Origin: Phyllosticta citribraziliensis
Lineage: Eukaryota
Length of the DNA: 64,000 nucleotides
Assembly: GCF_038025025.1 (NCBI RefSeq)
Contig: NW_027117342.1
Coordinates: 1,922,001 to 1,986,000 of the forward strand
Direction: 5' to 3'
Positions 24,312 to 33,882 of this stretch are shown here, in pieces (within the stretch, counting starts at the first letter, position 1; each line of letters starts with the position of its first letter). The notes beneath the pieces are model-generated. The model did not search any database and had not been told where the DNA came from. It was given only the letters and a program-made list of their open reading frames with translations. The translations under genes and the position numbers were made by a program.

Positions 24312-24904
24312 ACCAGGGAGGTCATCCATCGACGGTACAAGGGAATGATGGGCATATCCGCGCACAGCACTTGGTTGGGAAGAATATGTCGGCATGGTTT
24401 GAAGCCGACTCAGGACAGAACGCCCCCTCAAAACTGGGAGTCATAGGTAGTCCGCCAATTGTTGGCGGTCGTCTTTGCTCTTCTTGGATGAGGTACTTGT
24501 TACGTTTGATTCCTTTTCGGAGGGCTGGAAGCGGAGAAGTCGGAGCAGTGGGAGTTCGCGAAGTTTAGACAGACATTCGGAGCTGGCGTTCTTTCTGCCA
24601 GCGTCTCGGAAACAGTATACAGCACTTCGGTGTTAATTCTGACAATGCAAAGTCCCCTAAAAAATAATTTTACCTCAGTGGGCGGCCCGGATTAATCGTG
24701 GGTGCCGCAAATGTCTCTGTTGACGTTGGCGGTGCCGACATTTGTTTACTCACTCCATCACCGCACCCTCAACCTCAAGTTTCCACCTCGCATCCTCCAA
24801 CACACATCGTCCAACCCACGTCTTCCAGCCTTTTCGTTCAATCATCCAATCCGACTATACACCCCCTACAAGTACATCTCCAAGTACATCTCAACTCCAG
24901 AATC

Positions 24905-26470
24905 ATGGCTCTCAAGAGATCCGCCGAAATGGAACTTCCCCATGGCCGCCCCAGCAAGCAGCCCCGGTGCGAAGAGAACGGCACGCCGTCTCGACGATTC
25001 AGGTTTTCCCCGCCCGTCATCGCTTCTTCCAACTCGCAGAGTCCCGTCGCAGATGTTGGAAGTCTTCGAGAAGTCTCCTTAGCGGACGGAATCGCCATGT
25101 TCGAAGAAGCAGACCCCTCAAAGCTTGCTGCACGTCCTGGTTTTGTGCTCTCCAAATGTCTCGGAGGAAACCTGTTGCCCGGACCCTCAACTCTGGAAGC
25201 CGGTGAGATGGACTTCTTCAATGCTTTCGTCCAATCGAGCAAGGAAAGGATGGAAAACTTCAGGAAAGAAGGCAGTACCACGCGAGTCCACGAGGACAGG
25301 TCTCCCGTGGCAGACGTCGACGACCAAGAGCACCGGTCGGCCGCTGAGTCTGTTGTCGTGACACGGATGAACCAGGGCGAAAAGGTGTTTCTCAATTTTG
25401 TCGCTTGTGGGGAAGAACTTGGACTGACGAATGTCGAACAGGAAACCTTGAATCGTCCTGAAAATCAACGCCGTGAACTGGAGCCAGAGCCGGAGCCAGA
25501 GGTGGAGCTTGCAAGTTCCAATTGGCGGCTGGAATACCTTGCTGAGCTTGTGTCTGGAGCTCCCATCGCCCAGCCTATCGAAGACAACCTTCCGGAGCAG
25601 CAAGATGAGCCGACCACCACCGTATTCGACGGTCCTGCTCAGGAACTGGAAGCTTCAACCGCCTCCGACGCACCTCTCCTCCCGATGAGCGCCCAGACCT
25701 CCCAGCAGCGAATTCAGCTCCCGGAGTCACAGACCCAACCCATCCCCGCACCTCTCATCGTTCCTGCTAAACAAGCGGGAGTTTATCCTATCCAGGACGC
25801 CTGCGCCTCCCAGACAAATGCCGAGATCGCTCAGCAAGAGGCTCAGCCTTCTCTGACGACAGCCAACGACACGGCACTTCATGCGGAGACATCCCGAGGC
25901 CCGGCAAGTCGAGAATACAGTGTGGACACGGAAAAATCGTTCATGTGCGACATATGCGGGGATGGCTTCACTCGCAAATGCGCTCTGAAACGACACAAAG
26001 ACAACATTCATAGCGACAAACGTCCTTTCTCGTGTTCAAACTGCGCCCAGAGCTTCATCCGCAACGACCAGCTGTTGGAACACAGCCGTTGGTATCATGG
26101 AGTCGAGCTTCCGCACTTGCCGAGAGTCTCTCGAACTGCCACTGCGGAGCCCGCCGCATCTTACGCTATTGAGGACGGGGAGAATGAGCGGGACCTACAG
26201 TACCTGCAGCACCTGCAATATCGGCAGCATCCACGGCACCAGGAGAACCAGCAGCAGCAGTACCAGGAGAACCAGCAGCAGCAGTACCTGCCGCATGCCC
26301 AGCCACATGTCCCGCACCTCAATCCGCTGTATAGCCAGAGCCACACGGCGCCATACAGGCATTACTACTCGCCTTACCAGCAGTATGTTTCGCCTTACCA
26401 ACAGCCTCCAGCAGCAGAACAGAGGGCGCCGCTGGAAGAGAATGAGGAGCAAAGGCTTCGTAGGGCATGA
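24905..26470 (+). CDS. C2H2 zinc-finger protein ZF-C (2 fingers)
   Basis: ATG 24905 gives MALKRSAE...PSKQPR, matching paralogue N-termini; fingers CDIC..HKDNIH and CSNC..HSRWYH, then GVELPH; Q/Y-rich tail. Confidence 0.9.
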   Translation: MALKRSAEMELPHGRPSKQPRCEENGTPSRRFRFSPPVIASSNSQSPVADVGSLREVSLADGIAMFEEADPSKLAARPGFVLSKCLGGNLLPGPSTLEAGEMDFFNAFVQSSKERMENFRKEGSTTRVHEDRSPVADVDDQEHRSAAESVVVTRMNQGEKVFLNFVACGEELGLTNVEQETLNRPENQRRELEPEPEPEVELASSNWRLEYLAELVSGAPIAQPIEDNLPEQQDEPTTTVFDGPAQELEASTASDAPLLPMSAQTSQQRIQLPESQTQPIPAPLIVPAKQAGVYPIQDACASQTNAEIAQQEAQPSLTTANDTALHAETSRGPASREYSVDTEKSFMCDICGDGFTRKCALKRHKDNIHSDKRPFSCSNCAQSFIRNDQLLEHSRWYHGVELPHLPRVSRTATAEPAASYAIEDGENERDLQYLQHLQYRQHPRHQENQQQQYQENQQQQYLPHAQPHVPHLNPLYSQSHTAPYRHYYSPYQQYVSPYQQPPAAEQRAPLEENEEQRLRRA

Positions 26471-27047
26471 TCGCTAGATGGATAAGCACCGCCTTCGCTA
26501 TGGGAGGGGACATGTGCAATGGACAGTTAAAGATTCACAGTTTTGCTTCAACAATGTTTCTCCATTAAAAAAGCCTCTTTTTCCCTCTTGAGCGCAGGCT
26601 GAAGCGCGTGCAATTAGTTCTTGAATACAATGTTAACGTCAGTATAAATGAGAAGTCCTCTTTTATTTTTCACACTTCACTGAGGGGGAAGGCCAAAGAT
26701 GGTGGTGGTTTTAGACAGGAATTTTGAGCGTTCTTTTCAGACGAAGCACAGCCTAGAAGAGCACGATGGCCACCTTTGACGCGATGAGCGCAAATATTGA
26801 ATATACGATCGAGCATCATTGAAGCTGAGATATTCGTGGCCAACGGGCGACCGGATTAATTGGGCGCACAGTCCGTGTCAATTTTGAAGTGTTAACGACT
26901 GTGGTTGTTTACCTCGTCCTATCACAACATCCCCGATCTCAACCTCAACTCTCCAACCCGACACCTCTGCCTTCTCATCGACCGCTTTTCAAACCTTTCC
27001 AATTCACTCGCATATTACGTTCACCGTATATTCAATCCTCTGCAGCA

Positions 27048-28177
27048 ATGGCTCCCAAGAGATCCGCCGAGTCGAAGCTCGCCGCTGGTCCCTCGACCAA
27101 GCGCCCCAAAGTCGCCAACCAGGTTCCGTCCTCGCCAGATTGTAAGTCACCTCAGCCCAACTTCAGACGAGCTTCTCGAGAACAAAAAACTTACCAAAAA
27201 TAGCGGACAATCTCGAGGACTACGACTGGTTGAAGATCAACGCTTACCTCAATGGCGACAGCGAGGTCAGGCGTGAGGTTGATGATGCGGAGCAGTTGGA
27301 GCAACGCCTCCACAGTAAAAAACCTGAGACCTTTGACTTCCCTGTGCCCCGTTGACTCCAGGAGCAGGAGGACCAGAGGTACATGATGGAGACCAATCCG
27401 TTCTGCCAAGAGGGAGACGACGAGGAGCTCGCTGCGCCCAGCGGTTCTGCAGCTTGGGGTCTTCCGGACGGCACTCCGGATCTCGATGCGCTGAATGCTG
27501 AATTCGCCGCTCATCCAATCGAGCATTTCTTCGAAGAGAATGCGCAGACGATTGCGCTCAGGGAAGTCTGTGGACATCCTCAGAATATTCTCCCAGTTGA
27601 AGCAAACTCCGCTCGCTGGATGGATGTTCTACCTCCCAGGCCACTGGAAATCTCTCAGGAGCACTCTGGGACACCGAGCAGCGCCTCTCACTCCCAAAGC
27701 ATCCAAATGCACCTCCAGCAGCCCCAGCCGATTACTCCAACATTGACCCGCTCGCCTTGCGCTTCGGGAATGCCAACAAGCCAGACCGGCCAGAGCAACA
27801 ACCAGAATCTGAGCCAAAGCGTCTTCGAGCATGCCATCCAGACCTCCAATGCTCTCGCGGAAGTGGCAGCCAGCCAAAGCACCGACGAAACCGCCAGTCA
27901 ATCTGCCGACCAACAAGACAACACGGCCGACAACCAGAGCGCTGATCTGCCCTTCGCTTGCCGCCACTGCGACAAGAGGTTCAAGCTGGAAAGGTCCAGA
28001 AGACGCCACATAAGGGACATACACGAGAGACAGCCACACGAGCGACGGTCCTTCGCATGCCCACTTTGCACCAGAACGTACACTCGTAACGACGCCCTGC
28101 TGGCCCACGGGCGCAAAGAGCACCGTATTGAGCTGCCGCATCAGCCTCGACTTCCCCGCAATACACAAGGCCAGTAG
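27048..28177 (+). CDS. C2H2 zinc-finger protein ZF-D (2 fingers); intron 27142-27203; in-frame TGA at 27353-27355 (possible pseudogene)
   Basis: MAPKRSAE...TKRPKV start. The GTAAGT...CTTAC...TAG intron puts exon 2 in frame with ORF 27383-28177 (CRHC..HIRDIH, CPLC..HGRKEH, RIELPH), but one TGA intervenes. Confidence 0.78.
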
Positions 28178-28555
28178 TGAAAGAGGGAATGGTCTGTGAT
28201 CTTCTCTTTCGACGGCGTTTCTCTCAGTTCCGTGGGATTCCAGCAACCCAATTGCACGGGAAGGGATAGTTTTGGGAAAGGTTTCTGTTACGGGAAGACA
28301 AAAGAGTCGGTTGGCTTGCTTGTATATTTTGAGTGGAAGATTCGGGCACCTTTCAGGCATAACAAGTTTCTTGGGTCATGAGGTCTTAATGTCAAGCGTA
28401 GCATGGCGTGCGTTGGTCGGAAGTGAATGATCAGAGCCTACCTCCGCATAATGTCCAAGGTGATTGCAAGATTCTGCAGTGAAAAAGCCTGCCAGTGAAT
28501 CTGACCATTCTCTCCCTCCGCAACAACTGCCAATCCTCACACTGACACTCCATCC

Positions 28556-29086
28556 ATGGCTTCCAAAAAGCCTCGCAAATCAGAGTCGCTGTACGTCCCC
28601 GGTCTACAAGCCCCGGCTGAGGGTGAGGGAGACACTACTTCCACAGCGGCTACTTTTGGCGGCTTCGTGACTCAGTACAACGAAGATGGCAAGGGCACGC
28701 TGAAAGCTCCCAGCGGATCGAAGAATCAACAGCGTCAAGAGCAGTATCCCAACGAGCAGAAGTTCGAGTACCCGGAGCCGACCACGTGGGAAGAATCATA
28801 CGACTACAAGTATCCTGGCTACAAGCCCCCTCCGGCGCCCCCTCGCCCTGAGTTTGAAGAGCAGCCAGAGTCCGACGAGTCGATTTACAGCCCAGACACG
28901 ATGCTGGCAAAGTTCAAGCACGGTGGCCCTCAGAAACCCAAGAAATCCATCGACCCGAGTCTTATAGACCCGCGCCTTCTCGAAATGTCGGACCAGCCCA
29001 CCGGAGCGAGCTCTCAGAGCTTCCAGAGCGGCAAATCGGGCGACAAGCAAAATGCAGACAGAGCCGGCAGCAACAACGCTGGTTAA
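28556..29086 (+). CDS. Small low-complexity protein within the ZF array, no fingers (gene E)
   Basis: 176-aa ORF with coding-like codon use, start context TCCATGG, basic N-terminus MASKKPRK and IDPSLIDPRLL. Confidence 0.65.
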   Translation: MASKKPRKSESLYVPGLQAPAEGEGDTTSTAATFGGFVTQYNEDGKGTLKAPSGSKNQQRQEQYPNEQKFEYPEPTTWEESYDYKYPGYKPPPAPPRPEFEEQPESDESIYSPDTMLAKFKHGGPQKPKKSIDPSLIDPRLLEMSDQPTGASSQSFQSGKSGDKQNADRAGSNNAG

Positions 29087-30211
29087 AGCGCGGACAATGC
29101 GAGGACCTGCGATTAGGGCTGTGGGCTCCAGGAGACCCGACAGGCCAGGCAACAAAGAAAAAGCACGACAAGAGTGCCTGACGAAAACGACTTTGGTCGG
29201 CAGATTGGAACAATGACAAAAGGCGATCCTCGGCAGTCTCCTTTGTCGCAACAGCAGATGTTCGGGTCTTCTGAGCGAAGTGTTTTGTTGGATCGCTCAG
29301 AGGGCCATGCACGATCGAATCTGTAAGCCTCTGGGCGAGCAGCGAAGTTGGATTCAAATTTTTGGTGTTCATCGAGCAGTAGCTGGCAATCCCACCGATG
29401 TGAGAAGGTGAAACTACTTTCCAGCTTGCTTGGTATGGTGAATACTCTCGAACTGTGTGTTGTTTTCCTCGTGTCAAAATCTGCTTTCGAGCCCTTGGAA
29501 TCCGCTCCATCAATTGCTTGCAAATTTCAAAGTTCTTGGAGGGCTTGCCATTTTTGCGAGACTGGAGAGCTCCATGCTTGCCTAGTATGAGAGTCGGGAT
29601 AGCCCAAATGTTCAACGCACTTCCATTTCACGAGAATAAGCTGGCTTTCCGTGCCCGGGCACGGATGCCTGAAAAGCCAAGCGCAACACCATACATGATG
29701 CTGAGAATGTTGGGGTTTGTGGTGTCCAGATTGACTCGGAAGCCCATTCATCAGGGCTTGACACAAAGAAAGTCGCCTACACGGCAACGATTTACGCGCA
29801 AAAGCTTCACCATACCACCTTCATAAAACCAAGAACCCGCCGAGGTCCGATCAACTGAAGTGCTATTTCCGCATTGGGAGATCTTGTAACCTTTCCTCTC
29901 TGGTGCTCTCCCAAGTTCTTTCAAGTGTATACATGACCAATGCTCCCCCTTGTCTTCTTCCCTAGCTATCTATTCACAAAAAGTTTTGCCTTGTCGCGTC
30001 CCAGCCTGGGCCGTCCTGATGTCTTTGTTCGTCACCCGGATTCGAACATTGGCGACATGAATTCCGTCAGCTTTTGCATGTTTGTTTCGCACATAAAGTG
30101 TCCAGGGTGATCATCCTCCCACGCCAAGAACCAACAATCACTTCTCTTCACCAACACCTTGCTCTGCCTCTACACTCAGACTCCACTCATCACTCGGACA
30201 CAATTTTCAAA

Positions 30212-31600
30212 ATGGCCCCGAAGAGAACGCGTGACGAAGAGACGGAAAGTTCCAATAAGCGCTCAAGGGCACCGCACGATGGGTTCAGTGAGCAGCAGCT
30301 GAATAGGCTCCACAACACGTGGGTGCAAATGGCCGATCAATATGCTCCAGTTGCGCCTGTTCACTTGAATCCTGCGACGGCACCTGCTTTCACCATTCCC
30401 GCACGACCCAACCAAGGACCTGTCGAGCAAGAACACGACGACGGCATTATTTACTCTAATGGAATTGCGTATCGAGCCGCGGGCGCTGCCAACCGCCCCA
30501 ATCAGGTTTCAACTCGTCGCTACAGAAGCGCAGACCAAGCTCCACGAGCCCGTCGTGAACCGCAGGTAGACCTCTCTGGACTCAGACGCGACTATCCTCC
30601 CGGTCCAATGCAAACCCCAGATCCTCCTGATTTTGCGTTGCGACATGCGGTTCAGCAGGGTCTTCGTCTTCATTCCAACCCGGTGGTAAGTCCCATTGAA
30701 AGCGCACATCAAGGTGAATGAGCTGCTGACCGTCTGGAACAGAACAGTTACCCCGGCTTTGGAGAGGAACACGACGCGCCGCCAATGGCCCATCATCCCG
30801 ACCAGATGGCGCATCATAACAACGGCAGTCACCCAACTTGGGCTGCGAATATCCCCGTGCGGACCGGACGTGTTGGCCTTGGAGGCGGGACCACACATCC
30901 ACCTGTCGCCAACCCTCCCCTTGAGAGCACATATCCCGATCATGGAAGCGTATTTGGAGCGCCTCTACCCTATCGTGGTCGGCAGAACACAAATCCTGGC
31001 CAAGGAGCTGCGCGCGCACCGGATACCTTCTTTCCCCAGCTTTACACAAATTCTGAGCAATGGGGAGCAGCCGCGCCAGCCGCCTACGGAGCCCAGCAGC
31101 AGTATACGTATCCTGGGCTCAGAGGTGAACAAGCTCGCCAATTCGCCGATGGTTTCAGGCCAGCTCAACAGCCAGAAGTGGAAGAAGACCTGTTCGATTT
31201 CGGACTTGGTGGTATGCAGCTGCCCCACGATGAAGAGCGAGACAACGGCAGAAACCAGAACCCTTACCGGAGTCCTTACCCTCCCATTGGGCGTCAGGGG
31301 GCGCAAGGTGCCAGGAACAACGCGATCGCCCAGCCCGTCGCCGCCCCTGGTCCTGACGACCCCGAGTACTACCCTTACAAGTGTGATCACTGCGATCTTA
31401 GGTTCCACCTCCCACGCAGCAAGATTCGCCACCAGAATTCGGAGCACACGCGACGAGTCACTCACCCTTGTCCGCATTGTGGAAAACTCTTCTATCGAAC
31501 CGATACTCTGGCGGATCATGTCAACTCTCAGCATCTGGGTCTCGGCCGTCGCCTTTCAAAGGGCACTGGCATTGCAAGAGGTGGACGGCGGAAGAAGTAA
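30212..31600 (+). CDS. C2H2 zinc-finger protein ZF-F (2 fingers); intron 30686-30742
   Basis: MAPKRTRD...NKRSR start; phase-0 GTAAGT...CTGAC...CAG intron in frame with ORF 30785-31600; fingers CDHC..HQNSEH and CPHC..HVNSQH. Confidence 0.9.
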
Positions 31601-31783
31601 GCCATTTGGCTTCCTCGGCGTGGTAAGCATCGCCATTTCTCTCCTTAGACAAGCAACCATGGCTGATTAGTGTTTTTCAGAGTCTAGACGAATACCCAAA
31701 AGATTGCGTTCATTTCGGTCTTTCAGCAAATTTTCTGTCAGCTGCCCGCCGCGAAAAGATCGAAATATGAAGGAATAAGAGAT

Positions 31784-32032
31784 CGATAACCATACCAATA
31801 TCAGACTTCTATCGAAATGTGATTGACTGCTCGGGTCTGTGACTTAGTACTCACCCGTCTCTTCCGATTTAGCATAACCACGTTCTCCTTCCTACAAGCA
31901 CGCACAGACCGATAACCATACCAATATCAGACTTTTATCAAAATATGATTGACTGCTCGGGTCTGTGACTTAGTACTCACCTGTCTCTTCCGATTTGGCA
32001 TAACCACGTTCACCTTCCTACAAGCACGCACA
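31784..32032. repeat. Tandem direct duplication, period 126 bp, 2 copies
   Basis: 31784-31906 versus 31910-32032 (cgataaccataccaatatcagac...caagcacgcaca), with 6 substitutions in 123 bp by eye. Confidence 0.95.
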
Positions 32033-32234
32033 CTCAACCACCGTGATGATGTCGTGATACTGGTCAAAAGGAAGCTGGCGGCGCACGATCTGACCAACTC
32101 GTGGACTTCACGCCGGCCATGGACTACGACGCCGTCCAGTGTCTCTCATTTAAAACCATGCTGCGATCTCTGACAGGACTCTGACCTCAACCTCACCGTC
32201 CTCCTCCGCTCCCAACTCCATCTCAGCCACCGGC

Positions 32235-33296
32235 ATGCCTCGCAAGAGGTCTTCAGACCAGCGGCCCAGAGACCGTCGCCCCTCAGGGGGATTGCTGGAA
32301 AACCCCGAGTTTTCCATGCAAAATCTGACGAACCATGGTCAAGATAACTTCTTGACCGCCACCGCCGCCACCACCGCAGCCGAGGCCCCCTCAGGTCTCC
32401 AGGACAATCCGTTGCCTGTGGTTCCAAACTGGGAGGAGGAGGCTCAGGCCTACGGCAACTTCCAGCAAAGTTGGCAGCCCGCACCGGCAGGGTACACGCC
32501 GGCCACTCATTACGGCGAGCCGGCTCCGCAAGTTCAGGCCACTCCATACAACCACCCGGCTCAGTACGCCGAGTACACTTCGTTTGGCCAGCTCACTCAA
32601 GACCCTCCCATTTCGTTTGGCCAGCCCACTCAGTACAACGTGCCCTACAACGCGCCCTACAACGCGCCCTCCAACGCGCCCTCTGCGTACCTTCACGCCC
32701 AGCTCGTTCCCCTCTACGACCCACCTCCATACAACACGCCCACTCCGTACAACATGGCCACTTCACATGCCCAGCCCGATCCGAACCTTCAGGCAACTGC
32801 TAACCTCCAGCTCACTCCGTCTGGTCAGCCTAATCCATACATCCAGCAGGAGGGTGCAAACAGTCATGGTCATGAGCACGGTCAGGTCGAGCATGATCCA
32901 AGCCAGGATGCGAGTGCGAATCTGCAGCACGGTCAGAACGACGTTCAACAGGGAGTGAACGAAGAAGGCGGAGGAAACCGTCAGAGACGTCGCAGACGTG
33001 CCAGAGCTGCCAGAGCTGCCACCAGAGGTGCCACCAGAGGTGCCAGAGGTTCCAGAGCTGCCGGAGGTGCCAGAGGCGCCGGAGCTGCCAGCGGTGCCAG
33101 CGGTGCCAGAGATGTCATTCCATGTCCTCATTGCGACAAGACGTTTGAGCATAAGACGTCCCAGGTCCGCCACGCCAAGAGCGCGCACAACAACAATCCG
33201 AACCGATCTGTGTGCCGCATTTGCGGTAAAACGTTCGGCCGGAACGATACGATGATCAGGCACTTGAGAGACAAGCACGATGGTGCGCTTCCTTAG
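32235..33296 (+). CDS. C2H2 zinc-finger protein ZF-G (2 fingers)
   Basis: MPRKRSS start, Q/P/Y-rich region, RQRRRRRAR, fingers CPHC..HAKSAH and CRIC..HLRDKH at the extreme C-terminus. Confidence 0.9.
   Translation: MPRKRSSDQRPRDRRPSGGLLENPEFSMQNLTNHGQDNFLTATAATTAAEAPSGLQDNPLPVVPNWEEEAQAYGNFQQSWQPAPAGYTPATHYGEPAPQVQATPYNHPAQYAEYTSFGQLTQDPPISFGQPTQYNVPYNAPYNAPSNAPSAYLHAQLVPLYDPPPYNTPTPYNMATSHAQPDPNLQATANLQLTPSGQPNPYIQQEGANSHGHEHGQVEHDPSQDASANLQHGQNDVQQGVNEEGGGNRQRRRRRARAARAATRGATRGARGSRAAGGARGAGAASGASGARDVIPCPHCDKTFEHKTSQVRHAKSAHNNNPNRSVCRICGKTFGRNDTMIRHLRDKHDGALP
33000..33110 (+). repeat. 9/12-bp coding minisatellite (gccagag[c/g]t) in ZF-G
   Basis: About 11-12 units encoding ARAARAATRGATRGARGSRAAGGARGAGAASGASGAR. 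Confidence 0.85.
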
Positions 33297-33882
33297 GCAG
33301 CATGTTTGCGCCGCCGGTCCTCGAGCGTCACGCGAGCGGACGGGGAATCTGGGTGCGCATGGCGCTCGCGCACCACCCCGACACAACAACGACAATACCG
33401 GGCCCACACTCTACACTTACACACTCTTGCAATTTCTCCACCTCTTTTTCCATTGAACGGCCCGCTCTACACCTGAGCACCACACCCTCGCTTCCTTCTA
33501 CCCCACGACCGAACCTTGCTCTTTCGCCCTAGCAGGCACCTTTTGCTTTGAGACACCCGAACTCTTTTGACCTTGAGGCGTTATTGGCGCAGGTGAGCAT
33601 CAACCTCGAGGAGCAGCCCCAGCTTCAAAGAGACTCTTCCACCGAGACGGCATCGAACTTCAGACTGATCAGCTTTCAGACACGGCACACAATTTGGCAG
33701 AGTAGCTCTGCGGCACATCGGATAAAACAAAAAACAACAACAAAAATCAGGAACAGTCACCTCGACAGGTCTAGTAGCCTTGCGACATCCAAAAACATAC
33801 AAAACAGCAAAAAAATCCAAAAACATACAAAACACCAAAAAAAAAGTCAGTCAAAGTCACCTTCGGAGGCTCACCTGAAGTC

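Noticed and set aside
24698..24904. 69-codon upstream extension of ZF-C from GTG
   Set aside because: ATG 24905 matches the paralogue N-termini, and the extension overlaps the shared promoter motifs.
30696..31670. 324-aa alternative-frame ORF overlapping ZF-F
   Set aside because: Non-ATG start inside the intron; the other frame carries the fingers and splices correctly.
31784..32032. Possible LTR or CRISPR-like array
   Set aside because: Only two adjacent copies, with no spacers, TG..CA ends or internal ORF.
32998..33110. PELPEVPE repeat (PEVK-like) in an alternative frame
   Set aside because: By-product of the minisatellite; no ATG start, and the finger frame is continuous.
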